From: Candidatus Iainarchaeum sp. | GTDB taxonomy: Archaea > Iainarchaeota > Iainarchaeia > Iainarchaeales > GCA-2688035 | DNA length: 32,000 nucleotides | Direction: 5' to 3' | NCBI GenBank assembly: GCA_028713935.1 | Contig: JAQTNI010000006.1 | Span: 5,890 to 37,889 of the forward strand | Shown: positions 18,101 through 23,987 of the stretch, in pieces | Layout: each line of letters begins with the position of its first letter | How positions within the stretch are numbered: position 1 is the first letter of the stretch | Made by a program: the position numbers and the translations under genes | Notes under the pieces: model-generated | Seen by the model: the letters and a program-made list of their open reading frames with translations, nothing else | Database searches by the model: none | Told to the model about the DNA's origin: nothing

Positions 18101-18179
18101 TACAACAAACAAAAAAACCTGTGATTTTAGAATGGCATTCTGGGGCGGAAGCGCTACCTGCTGCAAAATAACAGAATAA
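15105..18179 (+). CDS. 1024-aa secreted Cys-rich putative lipoprotein/adhesin
   Basis: MFRRNSKTFLFFLIAALLALLFLGGC (lipobox-like LGGC). Two tandem C..C..E..NCPADC modules, an internal duplication, a T/P/E linker and a Cys-rich C-terminus. TTTAAATA at 15073-15080. Confidence 0.85.
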   Translation: MFRRNSKTFLFFLIAALLALLFLGGCVSVETAKFNEKVCNKFDELAKVNSGVVCAKWLVENFSSEIDELGQANPEMKQNLSSYAESDARIRYFCQPGRYQDGVQLTLEENCGELGLACDALTADSPGLAHCKQPECGNSKCETSENNENCPADCPKIEVCNNDGACTEGETLENCPADCETATEQPPVSQGTNTCVSITGDKGSTGKDALPKVRFYWGWGDNENELPLNACENIYCDPAQFSIVLMKKIKQINDAGESYFTNPQQYENITKFNVNLIGDNYNENFLKDFANDQGLLEAPGWFSSATTPFNKYLLNAGAMNFNQAKIESGKYSVEIIANLGLYARQRGLKQLFYNSEPNATIRINLTKISSAENNPFYFLPINGGIGLSGGRNGYGTKFVPSSSEKILITTNVFAESPSGAKTVQTNFSNNDFEKMNTANTRSVVFALSNKAETMDFYSSSPVQVLGIFDPANAANGLSYQLLSSSGELEPTTGSATTWKAFASESDCKDSQGGPLPHYDSDEKQPNCDLGTGKSFLVKKGTGTYKTFYSTIFYVPQNMELSLKTCSNGSIFATKNAAANETQTIALEKNPQDTLVSIQSIFSLVEEKKICVVTKNGATKFFWNERKLPEEIQAKATEFTTATLASCTGSEAPEPGQPECDVKNINDFTATKATALSEELSQKVLEFLLEGSRNRSLAITLLTGQYTAGIPEETQQETINYLLSASSQHYNPGLARNLAIEFNPGKDYGACDTRKENPKPSSECGETVRNIFEPSAEPIVLSQGLFDEIFNYLTEGARNKGTAKEFAVGQLQYKELSTDFQTSLVDYIKSRDNWLALKVAKELMCGAATTPEDTGRTEPTDTEETTPTETQICTPAAKECQESTLRQCKEDGSGWAETQCPNGCQNEQCLECIPNTIVCTDTLNNKFNQCNAEGTAWSEEQKCGDILANSSCAINADGIQGCYLTECKEDEKVSGGETGIEACSKKGYDLCKEAKAWEWFTTNKKTCDFRMAFWGGSATCCKITE

Positions 18180-18234
18180 GCCTAATTATTTTATTAATTC
18201 CAATTGCCTAATTATAATTAGTTTTGGTGTTAAA

Positions 18235-18984
18235 ATGCCAGGAAAACGTTTTGAAAGGCGGAAAGAAAAATTGCGGCGCAAGCAGGCTGCACGCGAGGCA
18301 GGAATAAGGCCTGACCTTTCTGGATTAGTGGCAGACCCTCCTGCAGAGGTTGTGCATGACATTTTTCTTGAATTGTTTGCAAGGAACAAGGCACCGCAAG
18401 AGGCAATTAATGAAAAAGCAGGCCTTGTGAAAAGGATCCAGGCAAGGCTGGCAAAATTTTCCAAGATGGGGGCTCCCGCAGTCATGCTTGAAAGAGACGG
18501 GGCTTTATTGGCAAATGCCCAGGAATCATTGCGGATTTTCCGGCAATTAAATACAAGGTTCGCAGGCATGGATGATTTTCTGCATTTTGTTTCAAGGCAT
18601 TTGCCAAGGCTTATAGAAACGCAAATGAACAATGAGAAAAACATTGAAAGGGAAAGCAAGTTTCTGCGCAAAGACTTAAAATTCAGAATCGGGTTTTTGT
18701 TCAGCGTGCATGGAATAGGGCTTGGCATAGAAGTGCTTGCAGTTGAAATTGATGCAGCAAAAGAGTGCCTGGAAACTGCAATTGCAATGCGGGATTTTGC
18801 AAAGGAATACCATACAAGGCTTTCCGGAAAACAAAGGGCTTTTTTAGAAGGGGAAATTGCAACTTACACAAACCTGCTGATTGCCCTGCCAAAAGTCAGG
18901 GCAATGGGCACTGCGGAAAGGCAAAGGCTTTTGGATTACGCAAAAAAGAGTCCATGGGCATTGCGCAAACAGCCCCCTTTATAA
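18235..18984 (+). CDS. Hypothetical protein, 249 aa, no signal peptide or TM, basic N-terminus, apparently helical
   Basis: GGTG at 18226-18229 lies 5 nt before the ATG. Same strand as its neighbours and ordinary amino-acid composition. I recognise no family motif. Confidence 0.65.
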   Translation: MPGKRFERRKEKLRRKQAAREAGIRPDLSGLVADPPAEVVHDIFLELFARNKAPQEAINEKAGLVKRIQARLAKFSKMGAPAVMLERDGALLANAQESLRIFRQLNTRFAGMDDFLHFVSRHLPRLIETQMNNEKNIERESKFLRKDLKFRIGFLFSVHGIGLGIEVLAVEIDAAKECLETAIAMRDFAKEYHTRLSGKQRAFLEGEIATYTNLLIALPKVRAMGTAERQRLLDYAKKSPWALRKQPPL

Positions 18985-19046
18985 ATATTAACCTGTTACA
19001 GTTAAGCAGGGAAATGCTTATATACTTTGGGCGCTGCTATCTCTAT

Positions 19047-20279
19047 ATGACGAACCCTAAGTTTATCTTAGTGGGCCTGTTTTTGATTTTGTTTTCTTTT
19101 TTCGGCCAACAGGTCTTTGCAGCAAACCCTGAATGCAGCGGGATTTCAATAGACACTTATACAATCAGGGTACTGGTTGGAAACTCCTCAATTGAAAGCT
19201 TTTCAATCAGGAATTCAAATTCTGAAAGGTTTTTTGTTGATTCCGCAGTTGCCTATGATTCAAGCCCGAATTTTGATGTCCAGACAAACAGTTATGACAG
19301 GGAAATACTGTCAGAAAGCACTGGCACAATTAATGTCAAGGTTACTGGCAAAATCTTTAACGAAGAACAGCAGGAAAGGGGTTTTTTGGAGCTTAGAGGG
19401 CATTTTTTAAGCGGAAAAACCTGTTCTTTGCAGGATATTGGCAAAAAGAGCTTCTCAGTAATCATTGAAAAAAAGCCTGTTGAAACAGCCCCTGAAAGCA
19501 TTATAATTCTTCCGGGCTGGAGAGGCAATCTCAGCAATTATTGCGGCAATATTGACTTTTTTGCCCCAAGCAAAATTGAAATTCAGGGCAACTCAGGGCA
19601 ATTTGAACTTACAATTGACAATAAGTCCGAGTACAGGACAACAATAAGGATTTCAGCAAAAAACAGCTCTGCAAACCCTTCATTGATTTCAGTGCCAAAA
19701 AAAAGCAGAATAACTGAAACAATAGAAATTCAAACCAATTCAGGCCAAACAGAAATTGAATATTTGATTGAAAATTCTGTTTGCAGCTTTACAAGAAAAA
19801 CAACAGTTTCCACTGTACAAACACAAACTCTTGCTGAAAGCATTGCAATAAGCACAATAGTGCCTGACACAAATGGCACAGGATACAAATTGGCTGTTTC
19901 ACTGCAAAACAAAACAGGCAAACCAATTTCAGGCAGCCTTGCGCTTAATTTGCCAGGCGATTGGCAGGCAGAAGGAACAAAAGAAATTGAATTGAATGCC
20001 TTTGAAACAAAAACAGCAATTTTCAATATAAGCCCAAAAGAAGAGCTGAAAAACAATTTTACTGGGAACGTTTCATTCAACAGCAATAGTGAAACAATTT
20101 TCACTCAATTTGAATTGAAGCCAAAGCAAAAAACAGGCATTCCCGCAATTGCAGGGACAATGCTTGCATTGCTTGGCAGCAATATATGGGCAGGATTGCT
20201 TGTGGTCTTCATAATCCTTGTTGCAATACTTTTCCTGCTGGCAAATTACAGCAGAAAACAAAGCAAAGTACTCTCATAA
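19047..20279 (+). CDS. Surface protein with signal peptide, repeated beta-sandwich (CARDB/NEW3-like) segments and a C-terminal hydrophobic anchor
   Basis: MTNPKFILVGLFLILFSFFGQQVFA signal. KLAVSLQNKTGKPISGSLALNLPGDWQAEG..ELNAFETKTAIFNISP resembles archaeal cell-surface domains. Hydrophobic C-terminus. ttatata at 19018-19024. The upstream ORF extension overlaps the previous gene. Confidence 0.8.
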   Translation: MTNPKFILVGLFLILFSFFGQQVFAANPECSGISIDTYTIRVLVGNSSIESFSIRNSNSERFFVDSAVAYDSSPNFDVQTNSYDREILSESTGTINVKVTGKIFNEEQQERGFLELRGHFLSGKTCSLQDIGKKSFSVIIEKKPVETAPESIIILPGWRGNLSNYCGNIDFFAPSKIEIQGNSGQFELTIDNKSEYRTTIRISAKNSSANPSLISVPKKSRITETIEIQTNSGQTEIEYLIENSVCSFTRKTTVSTVQTQTLAESIAISTIVPDTNGTGYKLAVSLQNKTGKPISGSLALNLPGDWQAEGTKEIELNAFETKTAIFNISPKEELKNNFTGNVSFNSNSETIFTQFELKPKQKTGIPAIAGTMLALLGSNIWAGLLVVFIILVAILFLLANYSRKQSKVLS

Positions 20280-20301
20280 CAAAGCAAAGCGAGGTGAAAA
20301 C

Positions 20302-20445
20302 ATGAAAAAAACAAGAACTGCAAAAGCAAGAAAAGCAGCTGTAAAAGCAAGAAGCACAAAAGCAAAAACACAGCCTGCTTTCTACAAAGCACCATTGAAC
20401 TTTGTTTCAAGCGGGTTCAACAGCTTTGTAAGCTATTTCAAGTAA
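20302..20445 (+). CDS. 47-aa highly basic small protein (MKKTRTAKARKAAVKARSTKAKTQ... then an aromatic/hydrophobic C-terminus)
   Basis: Strong GAGGTGA Shine-Dalgarno at 20291-20297, 4 nt before the ATG and 22 nt after the upstream stop. No homology recognisable by eye. Confidence 0.5.
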   Translation: MKKTRTAKARKAAVKARSTKAKTQPAFYKAPLNFVSSGFNSFVSYFK

Positions 20446-20448
20446 AAA

Positions 20449-20556
20449 GCCTTTTCTCTAAAGAGAAAAGCCTTGTTGCAAACCAAAAGGTTTGCGACGC
20501 GTCGCAAAGCAAAGCTTTGCAACGTGGGAAAAGAGGTTTTTCGCTTCGCGAAAAAA
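20449..20556 (+). repeat. Repeat-family copy A (five consecutive hairpins) directly after the 47-aa ORF
   Basis: cttttctct/agagaaaag, gcaaacc-aaaa-ggtttgc, the palindrome gcgacgcgtcgc, gcaaagc-aaa-gctttgc, tgggaaaag, and tttttcgc-ttc-gcgaaaaa. Confidence 0.8.
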
Positions 20557-20596
20557 GGTTTCAAATAATTAACCAAAATTTTACTTTTTAATTAAA

Positions 20597-20611
20597 GGGG
20601 GCTTTGCCCCC
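20597..20611. terminator. GC-rich hairpin between convergent genes (candidate bidirectional terminator)
   Basis: gggggc-ttt-gccccc, flanked by T-runs on both strands (tttgatttttt on +, tttaatt on -). Lies between the 47-aa ORF (+) and the SET gene (-). Confidence 0.5.
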
Positions 20612-20659
20612 AAATTTGATTTTTTGTTCAAACAAGGCAAAGACTGCCAGAAATTCTAC

Positions 20660-21184
20660 CTATAACTTCTTGTTGTTTTGCTTTCGAATTTTTTCTTTAA
20701 GGTATGGTGAAAAATACTCAAAATACCTGTCTTGCAGTTGTTTTAATTTCCAATCATCCATTGTAATTTTTCCACGGCAATTTTTACTCCCGCAGGCGCA
20801 TTTGAAATTAAATCTTGCAGAATTCAGGAAGGCATAATCCAAAGTAAGTTCTTCTCCCTTTTCAATATCCCTAATTGCGATTGTTGTTAGGGCATCCATA
20901 AAACCGCAATTGGGCTCGCATGAGTGATTGAGTGCCCCCAATTTTTTTGACTCCTCTGCTGTCGGAGGGCAAATGAAAAAGCCTTCATTTACTTGAATGC
21001 CAAGATGGCTGACAGTTTTGTCATATTCTTTAATCTCATTTTTTGGAATAATAAGCCCACCAAATACACAAATTATTTTTCCCTTGTGTATTCTCTCCGA
21101 TGCGCTCAAACCATATCCTGCTATCGTTGATTTGAAGGGTTTTGCTTTTGGCGTAATCCATCGGGCATTCCACTTTTTTTGCAT
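20660..21184 (-). CDS. SET-domain protein-lysine methyltransferase (~174 aa)
   Basis: NHSCEPNC, GEELTLDYAF and post-SET CACGSKNCRGK. ATG at 21184 has a TATA-like tttaaaatatt about 26 nt upstream on the minus strand. The ORF could extend to a TTG at 21271. Confidence 0.85.
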   Translation of the reverse strand: MQKKWNARWITPKAKPFKSTIAGYGLSASERIHKGKIICVFGGLIIPKNEIKEYDKTVSHLGIQVNEGFFICPPTAEESKKLGALNHSCEPNCGFMDALTTIAIRDIEKGEELTLDYAFLNSARFNFKCACGSKNCRGKITMDDWKLKQLQDRYFEYFSPYLKEKIRKQNNKKL

Positions 21185-21201
21185 ATATGCTCTTTTGCAC
21201 A

Positions 21202-21217
21202 AAAATATTTTAAATAG
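21202..21217 (-). promoter_or_regulatory. TATA-box-like element for the SET gene
   Basis: The minus strand reads ctatttaaaatatttt, centred ~26 nt upstream of ATG 21184. Confidence 0.4.
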
Positions 21218-21432
21218 GGCTCTGACAAGAATTGCGTGCAAAGTCAAGTTTGTGTTCAACTTTATGGGCAAAGCTTACACCAGGCAAGCCTTTAAAAACC
21301 TTTTTTTAAAGAATATTATAATTATAAATTGGTTTTGTCAATTAACTGAATAATTCAAAGTTTGGCAAACTGCATCGCAAGCGAGCCGCCTGTGATGTAA
21401 CTGCTGAAATCAAATTCCTGATTTTAGCGTTA

Positions 21433-21541
21433 GGCCTTTTCTTAAACATTGTAAAACCGAAAGGTTTTACGATGCCTCGCAAAGCAGTGCTTTGCAAGGA
21501 AGAAAAGCCCTGGGAAAAGAAGTTTTTTGCTTCGCAAAAAA
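21433..21541 (+). repeat. Repeat-family copy B in the SET/L3 divergent spacer, in the same orientation as copy A
   Basis: ggccttttctt ... gtaaaacc-gaaa-ggttttac ... gcaaagc-agt-gctttgc ... aagaaaagccc tgggaaaag ... ttttttgc-ttc-gcaaaaaa. Aligns with copy A, with paired (compensatory) changes in two stems. Confidence 0.8.
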
Positions 21542-21608
21542 CATTCTGCCTCAAAAAGTTCGCCTTACTGATAAATTTGGAAATTAGAATTTTGAAAGGT
21601 TTTTTTGA

Positions 21609-22772
21609 ATGGTTAGAAAATCAAGGCCTCATGCGGGAAGCAAGGGTTTTTACCCTCGCAAGCGCGCTGCAAAAGAAACCCCTGGTTTCAGCACTTTTAA
21701 ACCAGAGCAGGCAGAGGCAAAGGAATGCAGGCCATTGAATTTTTTGGTTTATAAGGCTGGCATGACCCATGTAATGGGAAGGGATGCGCACGCCAAGGGA
21801 ACAACTTTTGGGCAGGAAATTGCTTTGCCAGTGACTGTCTTAGAGGCGCCTTCACTAAAAGTTTTTGGCGCAAGGGCTTATAAAAAAATAAATTATGGAA
21901 CACAGCCGTTAATGGAAATTTCAATTGAAAAGCCCGACAAGGAATTTGAGAGAAGGCAGCATTCTTTCAAAAAGCATGGCAAGAAAAAAAGGGAAGGAAA
22001 AAAAGCCCCTGTAAAACAAAAAACAATTGAGGACTTTGAAGCCGCAAAAGCGGAAATTGTTGATTTGAAATTATTGGCTTATTCAAGGCCGAAAGAAACA
22101 GGCCTTGCAAAAAAAAAGCCGGATGTCCTTGAAATTGCGCTTTCAGGAAGCATTGATGCAAAAATTGCTTTTGCAAGGGAAAAAATCGGAAAAGAAATTT
22201 CTTTGCAGGATGTTTTCAGGGAAAACGATTTTGTTGATGCAAAGGCAGTTACAACAGGCAAGGGCACACAGGGGCCTGTTAAAAGGTTTGGAATAAAAAT
22301 CCAGGGAAGAAAAGCAAAAAGGACTAGGGCAGTGGGAAGCATCGGGCCTTGGCACCCTAACACTTTGATGTGGCAGGTTGCAAGGTCTGGCCAGACAGGT
22401 TATCAGAACAGGACTGAATTGAACAAAAAAATTGTAAAAATTTCCGCAAAGCCGGAAGAAATTTCCGAGATTAATCCTGCAAGCGGATTCAAGAATTATG
22501 GCTTGGTACAAACAAATTTTTTGCTTATTGGCGGAAGCGTTCCAGGCCCTGTTAAAAGGGCAATTGGCTTAAGGCATTCAATAAGGGCGCCTTCTTACAA
22601 GGCAAACAGGCACAAGCTGGAGGGAATTGATTTTATTGCAACTTCACGCAAGGCATCAAAAATCCATATGGATGTTTCCGCGCAAAAAATCAAGTTGGAA
22701 GAGGAAAAAAAAGTTGAGAAAAAAAGCGTTGCAGATGAAATAGCATCTGCGGTGAAAGGCGAAAAAAAGTAA
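21609..22772 (+). CDS. rpl3: 50S ribosomal protein L3 (uL3) with a Lys/Glu-rich C-terminal tail
   Basis: RPHAGSKGFYPRKRA, FLVYKAGMTHV, TKGKGTQGPVKRFGIK, GSIGPWHP. Confidence 0.97.
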   Translation: MVRKSRPHAGSKGFYPRKRAAKETPGFSTFKPEQAEAKECRPLNFLVYKAGMTHVMGRDAHAKGTTFGQEIALPVTVLEAPSLKVFGARAYKKINYGTQPLMEISIEKPDKEFERRQHSFKKHGKKKREGKKAPVKQKTIEDFEAAKAEIVDLKLLAYSRPKETGLAKKKPDVLEIALSGSIDAKIAFAREKIGKEISLQDVFRENDFVDAKAVTTGKGTQGPVKRFGIKIQGRKAKRTRAVGSIGPWHPNTLMWQVARSGQTGYQNRTELNKKIVKISAKPEEISEINPASGFKNYGLVQTNFLLIGGSVPGPVKRAIGLRHSIRAPSYKANRHKLEGIDFIATSRKASKIHMDVSAQKIKLEEEKKVEKKSVADEIASAVKGEKK

Positions 22773-22805
22773 GGCCTTTTCTTGAAAAGAAAAGCCCTGG
22801 GAAAA
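22773..22805 (+). repeat. Minimal repeat-family copy C filling the L3-L4 spacer
   Basis: ggccttttctt-gaa-aagaaaagccc-tgggaaaa. Both arms are identical to the outer arms of copy B. Confidence 0.75.
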
Positions 22806-22807
22806 AA

Positions 22808-23629
22808 ATGTTTATTGTGATGATTATGAAAGCGAGTGTTTTTGCATTGGATGGAAAAAAACTGCATGACATTGAATTGCCAAGGGTTTTTGAAACAGCA
22901 TTCCACCCTGAACTCATAAAAAGGGCTGTTTTAAGTTGCCAGTCTGCAAGGCTGCAGCCAAAAGGCGCTTTTGTAATGGCTGGAAGAATGAACAGTGCAG
23001 AATACAGGGGAGCAAGAAGGCTTCCAACGCACGAAAGGTCAATCAATGTTGGCCATGCAAGGCTGCCAAGGCTCAAGAACAGGAGCGGGCTGCTTTATGG
23101 AAGAGTTGCAAGGGTTCCGCAGGCAGTGGGGGGAACAAGCCCTCATGCGCCGAAAGTTGAAAAAAAATTGTGGGAAAGAATAAACAAAAAGGAAAAAAGA
23201 AAAGCGCTTGAATCCGCAATTGCGGCTTGTGCAAAAAAAGAGCTTGTGTTTAAAAGGCATTCTTTGGATGAAAAGGTTTCATTGCCTGTTATTGTTGAAG
23301 ACAAATTTGAGGACCTGAAAAAAACAAAAGAAGTGATTGCTGTTTTGGCTGCCTTGAATCTTGGAAAAGACTTGGAAAATGCAAGGGCAAAGCGCAGGAG
23401 AAAATCCGGAAAAGGCAAAAAGCGCGGCCGAAAAGTAAAACAGAAAAAAAGCGTTTTGATTGTTACAAAAAACAATTCGCCTGTTTATAAGGCGGCAAGG
23501 AATATTCTTGGAATTGATGTTTGTGAATTAAGAAACCTTAATGCGGAGCTTTTGGCTCCGGGCTGCCTTGCTGGAAGGCTGGCTGTCTGGACTGAATCAG
23601 CAATAAAAGGCCTGGAAGCAAAAGTGTAA
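22808..23629 (+). CDS. rpl4: 50S ribosomal protein L4 (uL4)
   Basis: VFALDGKK..IELP N-terminus, GKGKKRGRK loop, and position after L3. The true start may be the ATG at 22820 or 22826. Confidence 0.95.
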   Translation: MFIVMIMKASVFALDGKKLHDIELPRVFETAFHPELIKRAVLSCQSARLQPKGAFVMAGRMNSAEYRGARRLPTHERSINVGHARLPRLKNRSGLLYGRVARVPQAVGGTSPHAPKVEKKLWERINKKEKRKALESAIAACAKKELVFKRHSLDEKVSLPVIVEDKFEDLKKTKEVIAVLAALNLGKDLENARAKRRRKSGKGKKRGRKVKQKKSVLIVTKNNSPVYKAARNILGIDVCELRNLNAELLAPGCLAGRLAVWTESAIKGLEAKV

Positions 23630-23642
23630 ATGGCGATAAAAA

Positions 23643-23987
23643 ATGGAAAAAAAATTTTCTGGAAAAAAAATTGCTGCAAAGGCTCTGCCCGTTAAAAAGG
23701 CAGTTGCAGAAACTGTGAATGCAAAATTGCTTCCTGTTGATGTGCTTTTGTTCCCGTTGATCACTGAAAAAGCTGTCAACATGATTGAATCTGAAAACAA
23801 GATTTGTTTTGTGGTTAATAAAAAAGCCGAAAAAAAAGATGTTAAAAATGCTGTGGAAGCACTTTATAATGTAAAAGTTGATTCTGTAAAAACCCTGAAT
23901 GACATGAAGGGAAGAAAAAAGGCAATTGTAAAAATCAATAAAAAATTCAAGGCAGATGAATTGGCAACAAAACTGGGTGTGTTGTAA
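23643..23987 (+). CDS. rpl23: 50S ribosomal protein L23 (uL23) with a ~30-aa Lys/Ala-rich N-terminal extension
   Basis: FPLITEKAVNMIESENKICFVVNKKAEKKDVKNAVEALYNVKV core. Confidence 0.93.
   Translation: MEKKFSGKKIAAKALPVKKAVAETVNAKLLPVDVLLFPLITEKAVNMIESENKICFVVNKKAEKKDVKNAVEALYNVKVDSVKTLNDMKGRKKAIVKINKKFKADELATKLGVL

Noticed and set aside
18235-18360. GC-rich 5' end of the orphan gene as evidence of horizontal transfer
   Set aside because: The estimate rests on a hand count of two 60-nt lines. Later parts of the gene fall back to about 37%. That is not robust without a computed profile.
18186-18728. 180-aa minus-strand ORF overlapping the orphan 249-aa gene
   Set aside because: Its composition is typical of an antisense read (Ser/Leu/Cys/Phe-rich). 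The + strand ORF has a well-spaced GGTG-ATG and matches the orientation of its neighbours. The call on the + strand ORF itself remains only moderately confident.
18765-19046. N-terminal extensions of track ORFs that overlap the preceding gene (18765, 11006, 13040, 20218, 26273, 29394, 29977)
   Set aside because: In each case an internal ATG gives a canonical N-terminus (a signal peptide or a conserved family start) with an appropriate Shine-Dalgarno or TATA. The upstream part is an out-of-frame read of the previous gene.
20494-20505. Perfect 12-nt palindrome GCGACGCGTCGC as a protein-binding operator
   Set aside because: The homologous position in copy B reads gatgcctcgc, so the palindrome is not conserved. 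It is better treated as part of the repeat element than as a discrete binding site.
20446-20600. tRNA or tRNA-like gene in the multi-hairpin region
   Set aside because: There is no 7-bp acceptor stem, no T-loop GTTCRAnnC and no anticodon-arm geometry. The hairpins are serial rather than arranged as a cloverleaf.
21385-21420. Possible C/D-box sRNA (gtgatgt ... ctga)
   Set aside because: The C-like box is imperfect (TGATGT). The CTGA lies only ~4 nt downstream, leaving no room for a guide. No C'/D' pair or terminal stem is present.
21472-21738. 88-aa + ORF and 70-aa - ORF (21342-21554) covering repeat copy B; also the 89-aa and 74-aa ORFs at 7476-7745 covering the fusA-tuf spacer
   Set aside because: They span hairpin repeats, and the 88-aa ORF runs into the L3 gene in another frame. 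They lack ribosome-binding sites. The substitutions between repeat copies preserve base pairing rather than codons.
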